From: Amphiscolops sp. MND2022
Lineage: Eukaryota
Reading direction: 5' to 3'
DNA length: 64,000 bases
Assembly: GCA_964187785.1 (NCBI GenBank)
Contig: OZ076409.1
Coordinates: forward strand, 53,012,001-53,076,000
Under the pieces are notes generated by a model that made no database searches, was not told the DNA's origin, and worked only from the letters and a program-made list of their open reading frames with translations. Each line of letters opens with the position of its first letter. The stretch's first letter is position 1. Positions 10,605 through 22,230 of the stretch are shown here, in pieces. Position numbers and translations under genes: made by a program.

Positions 10605-13600
10605 TTAGTTTTTAGAAGAACTGGGGACACACTCATCCACGACAGAAGAGGCCCTAGATCGGGAAGCGCTCCGACTCATCCTCCTGCGCTTGCTAGCGCT
10701 GGGGGCTTTCAGAGCACATTCATCGGCGACACTATCGTCGCCCCTGGTTCCTGCCTCAGTGGAAACTGCCTTAGGCACAGAGAGAATGGACTTGTAGGTG
10801 GACAGCAGCGATTTGTAAATTTTGGAGCGGCCAAAATCGTCAACGTACGTCCAAGGGTCGTAATCGGCTGAGAAGGCAGATCGTCCAAAGGAGGAAGCGA
10901 ATAAAGAAAACTTGGACAGATTAGCTTCATTACAACAGAAAGCGGCTGACCCAGGAACTGAGCTTATATAACTCTGGACAGGCAGAATAACATCGGTAAA
11001 TCTGCCTCGGTGACCCGCCGTACTCACACTCCCGGCAGTTACTACTGGATAAGTAGGGGTAACAGAGGTTGCACACAGACAGCAAAGCTTAAACAAATAA
11101 AGAAGCCGCTCCCGTGACTGAAGGAAGTCCAAGGTCATCATGAAATCAATCAAGTCTCGAGAGACACTGGTGACGTCAAAGGTAGGGGGGTAATTCCCTC
11201 GAAGATGATCGAGAAGAGCCAAATAATCATCCCGACAAGCTGACTCATCGGCCTCGAGGACCCAAGAGCGGAGGAGGAAAGTGCTGTATAACAACTCAAA
11301 GTGCTTAAGAGCAATGTCGATTGGCCTCTTGAGCATGACAGTTGGATCAAAAGCAGCCAGACCTTTGATGATGTTGGAGCTAAGACCGGGTTCATGGAGG
11401 ACCTCTCCCAATAAGTACTTCAGGTAGTTTTGCCCGTCTTGGACAAACTTCGACTTGATTGCCTCCGCTGTCTTCTGGATTACGGAACGCTCAGTCTTTT
11501 GACCAGAATGGACCCCTTCTGACCTCTGCTTACTGGCTGTTGCGACCTTGTTGGTGATCTTGAGACGAGCCAGAAACTCCGCCTCGGGGATGAAAACTCC
11601 GTCTGAAGTACGGAAATTGAGGAGCTGGAACCATGCATTTTCCAATGGGACCGTATCAGCGGTGTAGATCCGGAAACAGAGTTGATGTATATAACGAGAG
11701 ACCTCACCACACAGGAAGAAGGACCCATCTCGTCGCTGTTGCAGGTTGACCGCAAAACTGGAAGTATCTACAACAAAGGCGGACCTTATATATGAGTTAA
11801 GGACACGTCCTAGAGGAGGTTAAGCAGTGATACTAACAGTCACTGACGAGCTTGCAAAAGAATTCCAACTTGATGGTGAAGAACTCATCACAGATGAGGG
11901 TCCACTCAAAGCTCTGTGCCTGTAATGGGAAAATATCAGTTAGCCTGAATTATGAGGACATTTTGAAAGGTACCGAAATTTAACGTTGGGACCTAAGGGG
12001 AAGGAAAACCAATCTCTTAGTGGACTTACTCTCGTTCGAACCCCCTGTCCTTGTTGTCGGGGTGAGTGCTCCGTTAGGTAGCGCACAACTGATTTCCAGG
12101 CGATGATGAGTTCCTGACATAGGACAGGAAGAGTGGGGAGATCCAATTTGCATGAAGCTATAGCCTAAATAACGTATTGTATTAGTGTCCGTAAGGGAAA
12201 TAAGCAGGGTCTCTTATCTGTCCAAGGTACAACATTCCTACCATAATCGGAAAGTCATTACCTGAGATAAGGTGGGGCTCTGCAGTACCCAATCCTCAGA
12301 GAGAGATCCACCCAGGGTGATGACTAAGGCATGTAGGACCGAAAAGAAGTCGATATGCCCGAAGACACTATAACTGGGTTTGTGCATCAGTCTGGAGAGG
12401 GACAAGGTCTCAAACCGGAAGGACGCCTGCACTGCTCTTGAGAAGAGTGGGGAATGGTCGATTGTCCTGACAAAGTCAACGGGGCAGCCAGAACAAGCCA
12501 CCACATCGCAATTGGTGGAGACTGCGGATAGGAGCCGTGAGAGAGACCCTAGTTCTCCTGACAATTCCGAAGAGGGTAGCTCGCTGCGACAGACGAGGAC
12601 GCGACACAATTCAGTCCCCTTCCAGAACCGTAGAGACATGAAGCGATTGACATTGCTGTCTTCAAATTCTATGGCAAAGCACTGTTCTGCAGCCACGCAC
12701 TCCGCTATTTCGCTCATAGCACAATTGAACAGGTGCTGGAAGATTGTCTGGAAAACAGACGAATGTTTCAAAAATGCAGAATGGATTGAGTCAACCTACA
12801 AGTAGGGAAAATAAAAACTTACCGTCATACGTTCTTCCCCCCAGTCGAAGTCACAGAGAGTAGCTTGGTAGTCTGTGAAGGAACTAAGGCGTGCCCATAG
12901 ATTGCGTAGCATCGCAAAATCGCCTTGGTCCTTGAGGAAGTCAATGACGATGCCCAATTGGGTCCTGGACCTGGACTCTGGGGTGACTATGGCAGTGGTC
13001 CGTCCCTGGATAAAATCGTCATAAAAGGGGAATCGTTCCCCGATGTCCACTAGCTCTGAATGGATGAAACGTGGGAGTTCTCTGGCTAACTCCCGGACTG
13101 ACTAAACTGTCTTTTGGTGAATTGTCAGTCAATCTGTAGCATTGAAAAGAGGCAAAATTTGAACAAGTTATGTACTGTCAACACTGTTTCTTTAGTCTTC
13201 TTAACGGAAACATGGCTTTCAAATGACGTAGTGAATTCTGAGGTTTTTCTGGGCAATTCTTTCACTGTTATCTCTCGCTCTGACCGTTCTTTTGGCTCTC
13301 ATGGTGGTGTTTTGATTGGTGCCTCAAATGATGTCAACCTGAATATTATGGATGTTTCTATTGTCGACTACGAATTCTCTGTAGCCTGTGTTGTTGTTGA
13401 CGTGAAACTCATATGCTTCGTTCTTATTTATTTCCCACCTTCTACATCTGAATACCGCATAGACTGCAAGGTTTTGACATCATGTCTACATTCTTATAAT
13501 ACGAAATTTGCCACAATGAGTTATCAATGTGGTTTTGGTGAAGATTATATCTTATTCATTCTTGGCGATTTCAATTTTCCTGAAATCGATTGGATTAATC

Positions 13601-16600
13601 TAACATCATCAAATACTAATGAGCAAAAGTTTATTGAAACCTCTGACCTGTTAGCAGTTTCGCAGTTAATCGATACCCCGACTCATAAGTTGGGAAATAT
13701 TCTTGACCTGATTCTAACAAATGACGACACTAGCTTTTTCAATGTTCACCAACAGTTGTTTTCTGATCATTTTCCAATATTATTCTATACGTCTTGCTGC
13801 CTGCCTAAACCAGTTTGTACTGAATCGTTCTCCAAATCTTCTTTTGACCAATTCCTTTTCAACAGTAATCTTGAAACCTTATTCAATTTCATAACACTTG
13901 ATAACTTGTCTAATCCCTGTTATCCTTACGAATGGTATGAACTTTTAACCCAATCTATTGGAAGCTCTCTGCAGCTCAAGCGTTCCAAAAGACTTCATTT
14001 TCCAGCTTTCTACTCATCACATACAATCCATATTCTCAATCTTGTTAGAACTAACCAAACAAAATTGAACAAAGGTTGGTCGCTCCACAATTCAATCAAG
14101 CATATTGAGTTGACACGTGCCCTCTCTGAATCTATTGAACTTGACAAACACATTTACATTGAGCAATTCAGCTTAAAGTCGCCAACAGACTGTTTCAAAC
14201 TTCTGCGTTCACTAGGTTTTAGTCAATCATATCCTTCTGTTATGTACTTTGAAGATCAAGTTTTACATACTGAAAGTGAGAAAGCAACCTGTTTTAATAA
14301 CTACTTCGGATCAGTATTTGGTCCCAAAACCATCAACCCACCTACTCTTTTCATGTCTTCAGATCACAAAATTTGTCTTGATGATGTTTCTATTCGGGCG
14401 GAAACTGTTACTTTCATGCTTAGTCAATGCAATGATTCGTCATCCCTTGGTCCAGATCTTATTCCCTCCTTCATTTTATATCGATGTTCTCAGATCCTCA
14501 CTCCCATAGTTACTGAACTCTTCAACTGGGTTTTACACAATAGAACTTGGCCTGCTATGTGGAAGTTGTCTTTTGTTACTCCTCTTCACAAAGATGGTCC
14601 ACGAACGCAGATAGAAAACTATCGACCAATAAGTATTTTGCCTAAATTGTCTCTTATTTTGGAACGTATACTTTTCAATTTTATTTATCCAAAAGTCCGA
14701 AATTCGATTACTAAAAACCAGCACGGCTTCATGACAAAACGAAGTACTGTAACGCAGATGATATTATATCTTGATAAAGTCTACCGTAATATTGATTCCA
14801 ACGTACCGTCATTAGCTGCATATTTCGACGTCAGAAAAGCTTTCGACTCAGTGCCTCATCACTTACTTCTGCAAAAACTTGTGAAATTCGGGTTCTGTCC
14901 AGATTTTATTCGCTTGTTCTCTTCTTACCTGGATGAACGCTCCCAGTGTGTAAAACTTAATAATACCTTCTCCAGTAAAATAACCGTTTCTTCTGGTGTA
15001 CCGCAAGGCAGTGTACTGGGTCCATTACTGTTTATCCTGTTTGTAAACGATATGCCGAACTTAATAGTTTATGGTACTCCTTTCTTGTTTGCTGATGATA
15101 TGAAGGTGTTGTTCGATGTTGATCCCCGCCAAATTCAAAGTGATATTGACAACTTGTATCTTTGGAGTATTGCCAACGGTCTGATTTTTCACCCTTCAAA
15201 GTGCAAAATTTTACCTTTTGGTTCCTCGTCTTTCGATGAGTCATTCATTCTTGGCGACAATGATCTTCCGGTGGTTGACAATTAAAAAAATTTGGGCTTC
15301 CTGATTACTCACAATCTAAGCTGGAACAGCCACATTGACCATAAATTAGCCACTGCTCGAAAAATATTTGGGTTTCTTCGAAGAAATGTTCCATTCAATT
15401 GTTCTTTTGTCAGAAAGAAACTGCTTTATCAAAGTCTTATTTTATCTGTTCTTCTTTACGGTTCCCCTGTGTGGTCTCCCTCCTCCACGTATATTGCAAG
15501 ACTAGAAAAATTCCAATATAAAGTTTTGAAATGGATGTTTTCATCAGAGGACTATGTTTCAGGTCTGCTCCAGCTACAGTTTCTTCCAATCTGCTACCAA
15601 CTCATCAAAGCTGACGTGATTCTACTGTGGAAAATTTACAATAGTGATGTTGATTGTGAATACTGTCCATCTAATGTTGCCTCTTGTACGCGTGCATCTT
15701 CGGCCAATCAATTTATTATCCCTGATACAAAAAAACTTGGCTCAAACGCTAACTTCTTCGTACGAGCCACACGTTCTGTAAACTTTCTCTTAAGTCAAAA
15801 TGTTATATCTTTAACCATGTCTCTATCATCTTTAAAATTATCTCTTGACTGTTATTTCAGTATGCTAACAAAGAATTTTAACATCGATAATTCTTGTTGC
15901 TTCTACCTCAAATGTATGTGCACTTGTTGTAGGTCCTAATTCACCTGATTTATGTTTTGTTCGCTATAATTATTTCTTTCTTTGTTAAATAATTTCCGTA
16001 ATTGGAATTGAGTCTTTTACTACTACTACTACTACTACTAACTCAATCTTGTTCAGAAGCCTTCCGTTTCGTCCTCTTACACGATGCTGGACTTGCTTGG
16101 TGACGGGATCAACACTCTTTAGATGCTCATATCGCCACCTCTGGTCTTTTCTTAGATGCCTCTCTGAACGGTGGTGCCTTAGGATTTCCATGGTGCCTTT
16201 GCTGCGGATGGAAAAGTTTCTTTTGCAAATGTGACACCAAACCATCAGAGGATTGTGGATGGGGTCCGCGGGTCCAGAAATGAAGGACCTTGTCCAACCA
16301 ATTTTTGCAAAGAATTCTTCACGCATGGGGACTCCTCTGTGGGTGGTGCGCTTGATGCGTTTCTGCCTCTGCGTCTTGGTAGTTGTTCTGGATTTGCGTT
16401 CCAGAACCTCATCGCGGACTTCCAGCAACGTGGCATCTTGGCTGCTGAAGCCTGATTGGCCAGGCTCTTCTTGTTGGGACTGACTTCCGGACTGCTGCGT
16501 GGGATTTGGTCCTAGATCCGTAGTGAGATTCTTCTTGAATGTCTCAGTGATCAGAGCCATCTCTCCGGAACTATCACTGTCTTCGAACCCAGCGGATGTA

Positions 16601-17733
16601 TCAGTGCCTTCCGCTCCAGACGAGGAACCAGCTAAGGGACAGGCCCCAGTGAGGTTATCAGTTTCATCGTCACTTGATTCACTGCATCCAAAGGGAGTGG
16701 GGACTCGAACTCTAGTCTGGAAGTGACTGGTCCTTGACGGGGCCACGGTCGGGGTGCCCTTTACTGCGTCCAACACCATTCGCTCCATCGTGGTATAAGA
16801 CATTCGGATAGTCTCGTCAGTAAGGGACCTTAAGAGGTGGTACATCTGTGGCTCAGTAAAAGCCACAGTTGGATGTCCGAGGGGTAGAGAGAATGGCTGT
16901 GCATCGTCAAAGTAGGTTTTGAGGATGGCGCGAGTCCTACCTGATAATTCAGGAAGCCTGTCATCTTGCTGTCTCCGGGGCACGCCGTCTTGGTTACTGA
17001 GCACCGAATGTGAGGGATTGATGCCAGTCTCACTCTCTGCTTCAGCTCCCGACTCAATCTCCAGTGGGTTGGTTCCGTACAAAGGAGGGCATCCTGCTAA
17101 GCTGCTTTCATCTGCAGTTTGCTCACTCCCACTGAAATCCGTAAGATAGAGGACTTTGGGCTTCACAACGGGTAGAGCAGGGACTTCGTACACTGAGGAT
17201 TCATTATCATCTCCAGATTGCCCCCTGGTTAAAGTTTCATCATTGGGAGGTGACGCTACAACGGCCACAAGTTCTGGGAGCTGGGAATTGGACGAGGTGG
17301 CTACTCTGAGTGCAGACTCCAATGCAGACAAGTTACACTGGGTCAACACTTCCTCATCAGGGAGCGTTGGGGTACTTGTCCTGACTAGTTCCTGAACTAA
17401 TGTTTCAGTCCTCTCCTGAGTTCGGTCATCCGCACCAGTAGAAGCGACAGTGGCAGTATCATCTGGGGAGCGAGCAATTGCCGTCTGAGCTTTCTCCATC
17501 ATGTCTACCATCTCATCGGCGAAAGTAGTCACATCTACCTCGCTATCCGTGCTCCCTTTGGTCTCTTGGGATTGCGTCAGAACAGAGGTATGAGGAGCTG
17601 ACACTACAGTTTCAACAGGGTTGTCTAGACTTGGGTTGGCTGGGACTTGGGTCTCATCACTTGTCTGGTTTTCTAAACAGAAGGAGATGAAATTTGGCGG
17701 TATGCTTCCTTGATAGAAATCCATTTGCCGCAT
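10605..17733 (-). CDS. Antisense five-exon accessory gene (~1274 aa): low-complexity N-terminus, BED-like zinc finger, degenerate hAT-transposase-like body; interrupted by a LINE in this copy
   Basis: Exons 17733-16045 + 13092-12823 (joined after LINE removal), 12747-12262, 12164-12030, 11919-11838, 11767-10605; four GT-AG introns of 75, 97, 110 and 70 bp; the joined 3825 nt form one open frame; motif WCHICKRNFSIRSKGTMEILRHHRSERH. Confidence 0.85.
13093..16044 (+). mobile_element. 5'-truncated non-LTR retrotransposon (CR1/L2-group-like LINE) nested in the LTR element
   Basis: 7-bp TSD CTAACTC (13086-13092, 16038-16044); (TAC)n 3' tail; APE endonuclease plus RT ORF. Confidence 0.93.
13102..15939 (+). 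pseudogene. LINE ORF2 (APE endonuclease + reverse transcriptase) with one in-frame stop at 15283-15285
   Basis: LTETWL, GDFNFP, SDH endonuclease motifs; NYRPISIL, GVPQGSVLGP, FADD RT motifs; ORFs 13114-15285 and 15292-15939 share a frame; terminal CMCTCC. Confidence 0.92.
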
Positions 17734-18786
17734 TAGAAAACTTCCGGAAGTGTTCGAAATTCTGAACGGACGTGATCAACACGTGTTCACCAAGTAGTGG
17801 AAACAGGAAGCAATTAGTGAACAAACTTAGCTCTGATCAAGTTAAACTAGTTCAAAAATATGAAAACCCAGACCAACCTGCTTTTGAAGACATTCTGTTG
17901 TGGAAGAATTCGTTCTAAGGGATTCTATCCAAATTCGGATGAAGAGTATGGGGAAGACGGCCTAACACGGCTGATGAAAGAGGGGCTCGGAGGGCTCCGT
18001 AAAGGGAAGAAGAAGCCAGCAACGAAGTTGAAGACCCAGATAAGGAAAGCGGAATAGCAAAGACTGAAGGATACAAATGTAAACAATTTAAATGGTAATG
18101 GAACTAAATGCGTGTTAACAATTGAAAGGAGATAAAAGTTGGAGGTCGTGGCTGAAGAAATTACCAGACTAATATTATTTAATTATCTACATATTTATTC
18201 GGTACATGGAGTCTGCCAGCGAAATGTACAAAGAACTTTGCTATTTACAGCTTAACTAGTTAGAGGCCGGTTATGGCCAGTTGACCTATCTTGTTTTGTC
18301 GTTTTGTCTAGTTACCCTAATTACCTTAGCTGAATCTTCGCCATTTTAGTTATTCAAATTATTATTTTTCGCCATCTTTATTATTCATTTTTCAAATTTA
18401 TCGAAGCTCAAATTTGATTGGCTGAAGCCATTTTAGTAGGCTTTACCTGACGCGTGCCGTTAATTGCTATCAAGCTTGATGTTAATTACCCTCTTGAAGT
18501 GGAGTTATTTGTTGTTGTTAACTTAACACCTCTCTGATTACCTACTTGAGAGGGTGGGCTCGGGGGGCAGCGTTCCGATATTCAAAGGGCGAACCGCCGC
18601 TGAGAAACCCCATTCAGAAAAGTTTACGACGGATCAGACCGATTAACCAAAGAATCTGCCGCTGAAACGAAACCCCGGGAAAACGGCCCGAGTCGGCCCG
18701 AGGAGAGTTTTATAAATTCATTCAACTTTGAATCTCACTTGCAGCTAGTTGCCTTCATAAACTTCAAAATAGCTAAAAAATTCATC

Positions 18787-19569
18787 ATGGATAAATACGC
18801 AAAATCTGGAAAACTCTTCGAGATGGCTGAACTGGACTCAGACTCATCAGGCGATTCAGTTATTTACATAAGCAGCGATGAGGAAACCTCAGTTGATTTG
18901 GACTCAGACTGGTCGACGGACACGGACGAAATGATCAGAAGGGTGGAGAGGCAGGTAGTGTCCAGCCCCATTCTAATTGCCGGACGTGTCATGACGACTA
19001 GCAGTATGGAGGAAGAAATGGTCACAGGACCAAGCACCAGACAGCCGGGGCAAGATGTGACTCCCAAGTTAGATACAAAATACTTTGATCACGAGAGGTG
19101 CTATGCCCCGTCAAAGAGAGCGGAGAAATCACGAATTGAGCTCTGCAAGACGCTGCTACCAGTGCTAGAATCACCGATGTCTCCACCAATCCATGAGAGG
19201 GGGCCAAGCCAGGACACTCCTCTGGTCCAGCCCGCAGTAAGTGATTTTCATGTGTCTTATCACGTGCAGAACTCGGTGCCCTACCAAAATGTCAGCGAGA
19301 CCCAATATACTGGGTGTATGGTTTGCGGCCGCTCTGTAGATGCAATCAAGAGTGAGAGAGTCAGATGGTATATGGAACGATCCACCCCAAGGAACGAGGC
19401 CGAGCACATCACGAAGTTGAGGAAAGAAGCCTACGAGAATGGGCTTAATGCGGGATGCTTCCTTTTCATAACACCCGCAGTGTCGCAGGCTGCCGCCTGT
19501 GACGGCACGACAGTAACTACTTCGGCAGTTGGTCAAGAATATGTACCCGGAACCTTACCTATTTATTAA
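18787..19569 (+). CDS. Accessory ORF3 of the LTR element (260 aa from first ATG), function unknown; last 89 nt inside the 3' LTR
   Basis: Long uninterrupted ORF with an acidic Ser/Asp-rich N-terminus and a CMVC motif; no signal peptide or transmembrane segment evident. Confidence 0.7.
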   Translation: MDKYAKSGKLFEMAELDSDSSGDSVIYISSDEETSVDLDSDWSTDTDEMIRRVERQVVSSPILIAGRVMTTSSMEEEMVTGPSTRQPGQDVTPKLDTKYFDHERCYAPSKRAEKSRIELCKTLLPVLESPMSPPIHERGPSQDTPLVQPAVSDFHVSYHVQNSVPYQNVSETQYTGCMVCGRSVDAIKSERVRWYMERSTPRNEAEHITKLRKEAYENGLNAGCFLFITPAVSQAAACDGTTVTTSAVGQEYVPGTLPIY

Positions 19570-21328
19570 GAACTTACAATTGATATCAAACTTTCACGCC
19601 ATTTTGTTATTTTGTGCATTATGATCATTGATGACGTTCACTTTATATACAATTAGTCTGTTAAATCTAACAATTGGAAATTTCAATCGAGTTGATGGAG
19701 TTGTAAAGGCGCTAATTTAAAGCGATAGAAAATACAATGAAACGAGCGACTGTAAGGCAGTATAGGAAACGAGTTCAAGTGACGTACGGCAATGTACCGG
19801 CAGCGTCACTTGAGCACGTTACCTTAACCAATCATATCGCAGTATGCAATCTCGTTTGTTGATGCTATTTAATTAATGGCCGAGTAAGGCCAGTTGCCGC
19901 GCTTTTAATATTCTCTTTTGGTACACTGGTCAAATGGCCGGTTCCGTCCCATTAGTTCAAGACTGAAATAAGGTGATAATTTAACATGAAACAAGTCATG
20001 TTTGTTGAGTTTGTGTTTTCATAATAGCCAGATCTCTGTTCATAACTGATGCTTCGTCTTAATACTCAACCTTTTGTTAGGCCCTTAAGGCCATATTTCA
20101 TTAGTACTTGCCTATTAATTAGCCGGCTATTTCCGGCCATTGAAATTGTTACGTTCCTTTGAAAAGTGATGTAGTACATATATTTGGGGCTAATCGGTTA
20201 ATCAACGCATACAATTATTAATATGACAATTGGCCGTATTAGGCCTAATAACATGATGTGCTTCACACTGTTGCAAAGCTAATTTTAGGTCACGTGGTGG
20301 CACGTGCCTGAAAGGAATGTGTGCAATGTTATTTATATTCATGATGAGTACTAGTTCCTTTGATAGACGGAAATTTCATTTGATGCACTAGTAAATATTT
20401 TGATGCCGCCTTTGATGAATGAATAGTTGTGATTGTAAAATGTTAGGAATTTTCCCAATCGGGACATCACCCTAAAATAGTTGCTTTGAAGTATTAATAC
20501 CCGATGCCGTAATAATACTTGTCACATGACCCGTTGAGGACATAACCACATGATATTATCTTGATCAAAGAATCCGTGGAATGTAAGTGTCATCTTTCAG
20601 GAGTATATATAGTTACTTTCCTGCAAAGGGACACACAATTTCCATAACCTTGCTTTGATAAAGATCGATTTATTACAACGACGTTTGTCAGTTTTCCGGT
20701 TTTAATAATTGAATTATTCAACCCGGTTCAATTTCAATGCCTACCACAAGGAAACAAAAGAAAGCGAGAAAATCAAGAGAGGCAGAAATGTTGTCAGATA
20801 TTGAGAATTTAGACATAATGCTTGGAGGAAATCATTACAATAGAAATGAAAGAAGTGATAGTCTAAATAGTAACCAGGCCAGGAGACCTGGTAGTCCTTT
20901 TGGCGACGAATTTGAAAATGAGGATGAAAATAGGTTATCTAACTCTGAAAACAATGGACCTAGTCCAAATGCCGAATTAGGCCAGAACTCAGTTAGAGGT
21001 AGTTCTAATGCTGAGATCAACAGATTGTCGAGTGAGTTGAATTCCCGTATATCTCGGGAGATGGATGAGATGATGAACAGCGTCAGTGTGCAGATTCAAA
21101 GAGCTATAAGTGAGGCAATTAGTAATCAAGTTCTTCCCCAGATTCAAAATGCCCTTATGGCCGATTCCGGACATATGACCAAAGAGAGATGGAACGTTCC
21201 GTCTGAGAGACCGGAAGGATATTCTGAAGTTCTGCGTAATTCAGACTCTAGAAACAATTCGAAGAGTAAGACACTTGGTGACCGTCAGAAGGACGGATTC
21301 ACATTATCGGACACCCGTGCTTACGACA
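19481..21328 (+). repeat. 3' LTR (1848 bp), with a second copy of the gag 5' segment (ORF 20737-21402 runs into the flank)
   Basis: Direct repeat of 2149-3996, followed by TSD AAAGG. Confidence 0.97.
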
Positions 21329-22033
21329 AAAGGCAACTTTCGACAGCACAAAAGTCACCGAAAGTAAAAACATCCGGCGAGCTATTAATTGTTCTTTGTT
21401 GAAACAGATACAAGAAAAAATTCACGCAACGTTCATCTCGGGCCGACTGTTCCTGAATGAAAAGAAAACCCAAAAAGATACGGAGCCAGCGGTGGGTGTT
21501 GACATGAAACCGAAGAACCGACATTACCTTCGCGTGCTAGAGGGGGAGTAAGTCCGACGGTATGAAAGCCTTAAAATTATACCCTAAATGGAAAATTGAA
21601 AATCGTCCGAAACAAACGAATGCAAAATTCCGAGGCTGAAGAAAAAGATGATGAATAGAATGAAGAAGAGAATCTAGAAGGAGCCGGATAACACCATCTA
21701 TGGTGAACAATTGTTCTTTTCAACATTTTTTCGTAAAATTTCTATTTTCGAACTAATATGACAAGAACTCCGAGCATGTATACATGCATTCTATGCGCAG
21801 TCCGATTCTCTTCTCAAACGTTTTCTTCAGTATACAATATAGATGTACTAGTTTCATAATTTTTATGAATTGCAGAGGCTTCTTTTCAGAGTAGCATAAA
21901 ATCTACACTAATAGAGTAACTGAAAACTGAGAAAGACTCTCCAAAGCGTGAATATTTTTCCACAGTAACCCAAGGGTTCCTCTCTACCCAAAGAAATTAT
22001 TTCAATACTCGCGCTTTTAGTTTTTAAACTAAC

Positions 22034-22230
22034 ATTTTGTTCTAGTTGCTGGAGTCGTGCAGCCAATTGAATTACACTCTGTTTGCTTGACCTCATGTTC
22101 TGATCAACTGTGTCTCTTGCAGAAACTTCACTCCTAATGTTTTCCTCCAGACGACGCATGCCCACTCGCATCTCGTTTTGCAGACGCACAACTTCTTCGA
22201 GGAGGGCTCGGTTACTTTGCTCAGTGGCAA
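22034..22230 (-). CDS. Internal exon of a probable host coiled-coil protein gene
   Basis: Acceptor CTGTTTTAG at 22231 and donor GTTAGT at 22033; encodes ATEQSNRALLEEVVRLQNEMRVGMRRLEENIRSEV...LAARLQQLEQN (heptad-like). Confidence 0.65.

Larger units (their letters stand above)
2149..21328 (+). mobile_element. Full-length Ty3/Gypsy LTR retrotransposon with accessory genes (19,180 bp; 16,228 bp without the nested LINE)
   Basis: Direct repeats 2149-3996 and 19481-21328 with TGTCG...CGACA termini; 5-bp TSD AAAGG (2144-2148, 21329-21333); PBS at 3997; gag; pol in PR-RT-RH-IN order. Confidence 0.97.

Noticed and set aside
15985..16044. Poly-valine C-terminus of the 582-aa minus ORF
   Set aside because: It is the LINE (TAC)n tail read antisense; the real frame resumes at 13092.
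18739..19569. ORF3 as an env gene
   Set aside because: Too short, with no signal peptide, furin site or transmembrane anchor.
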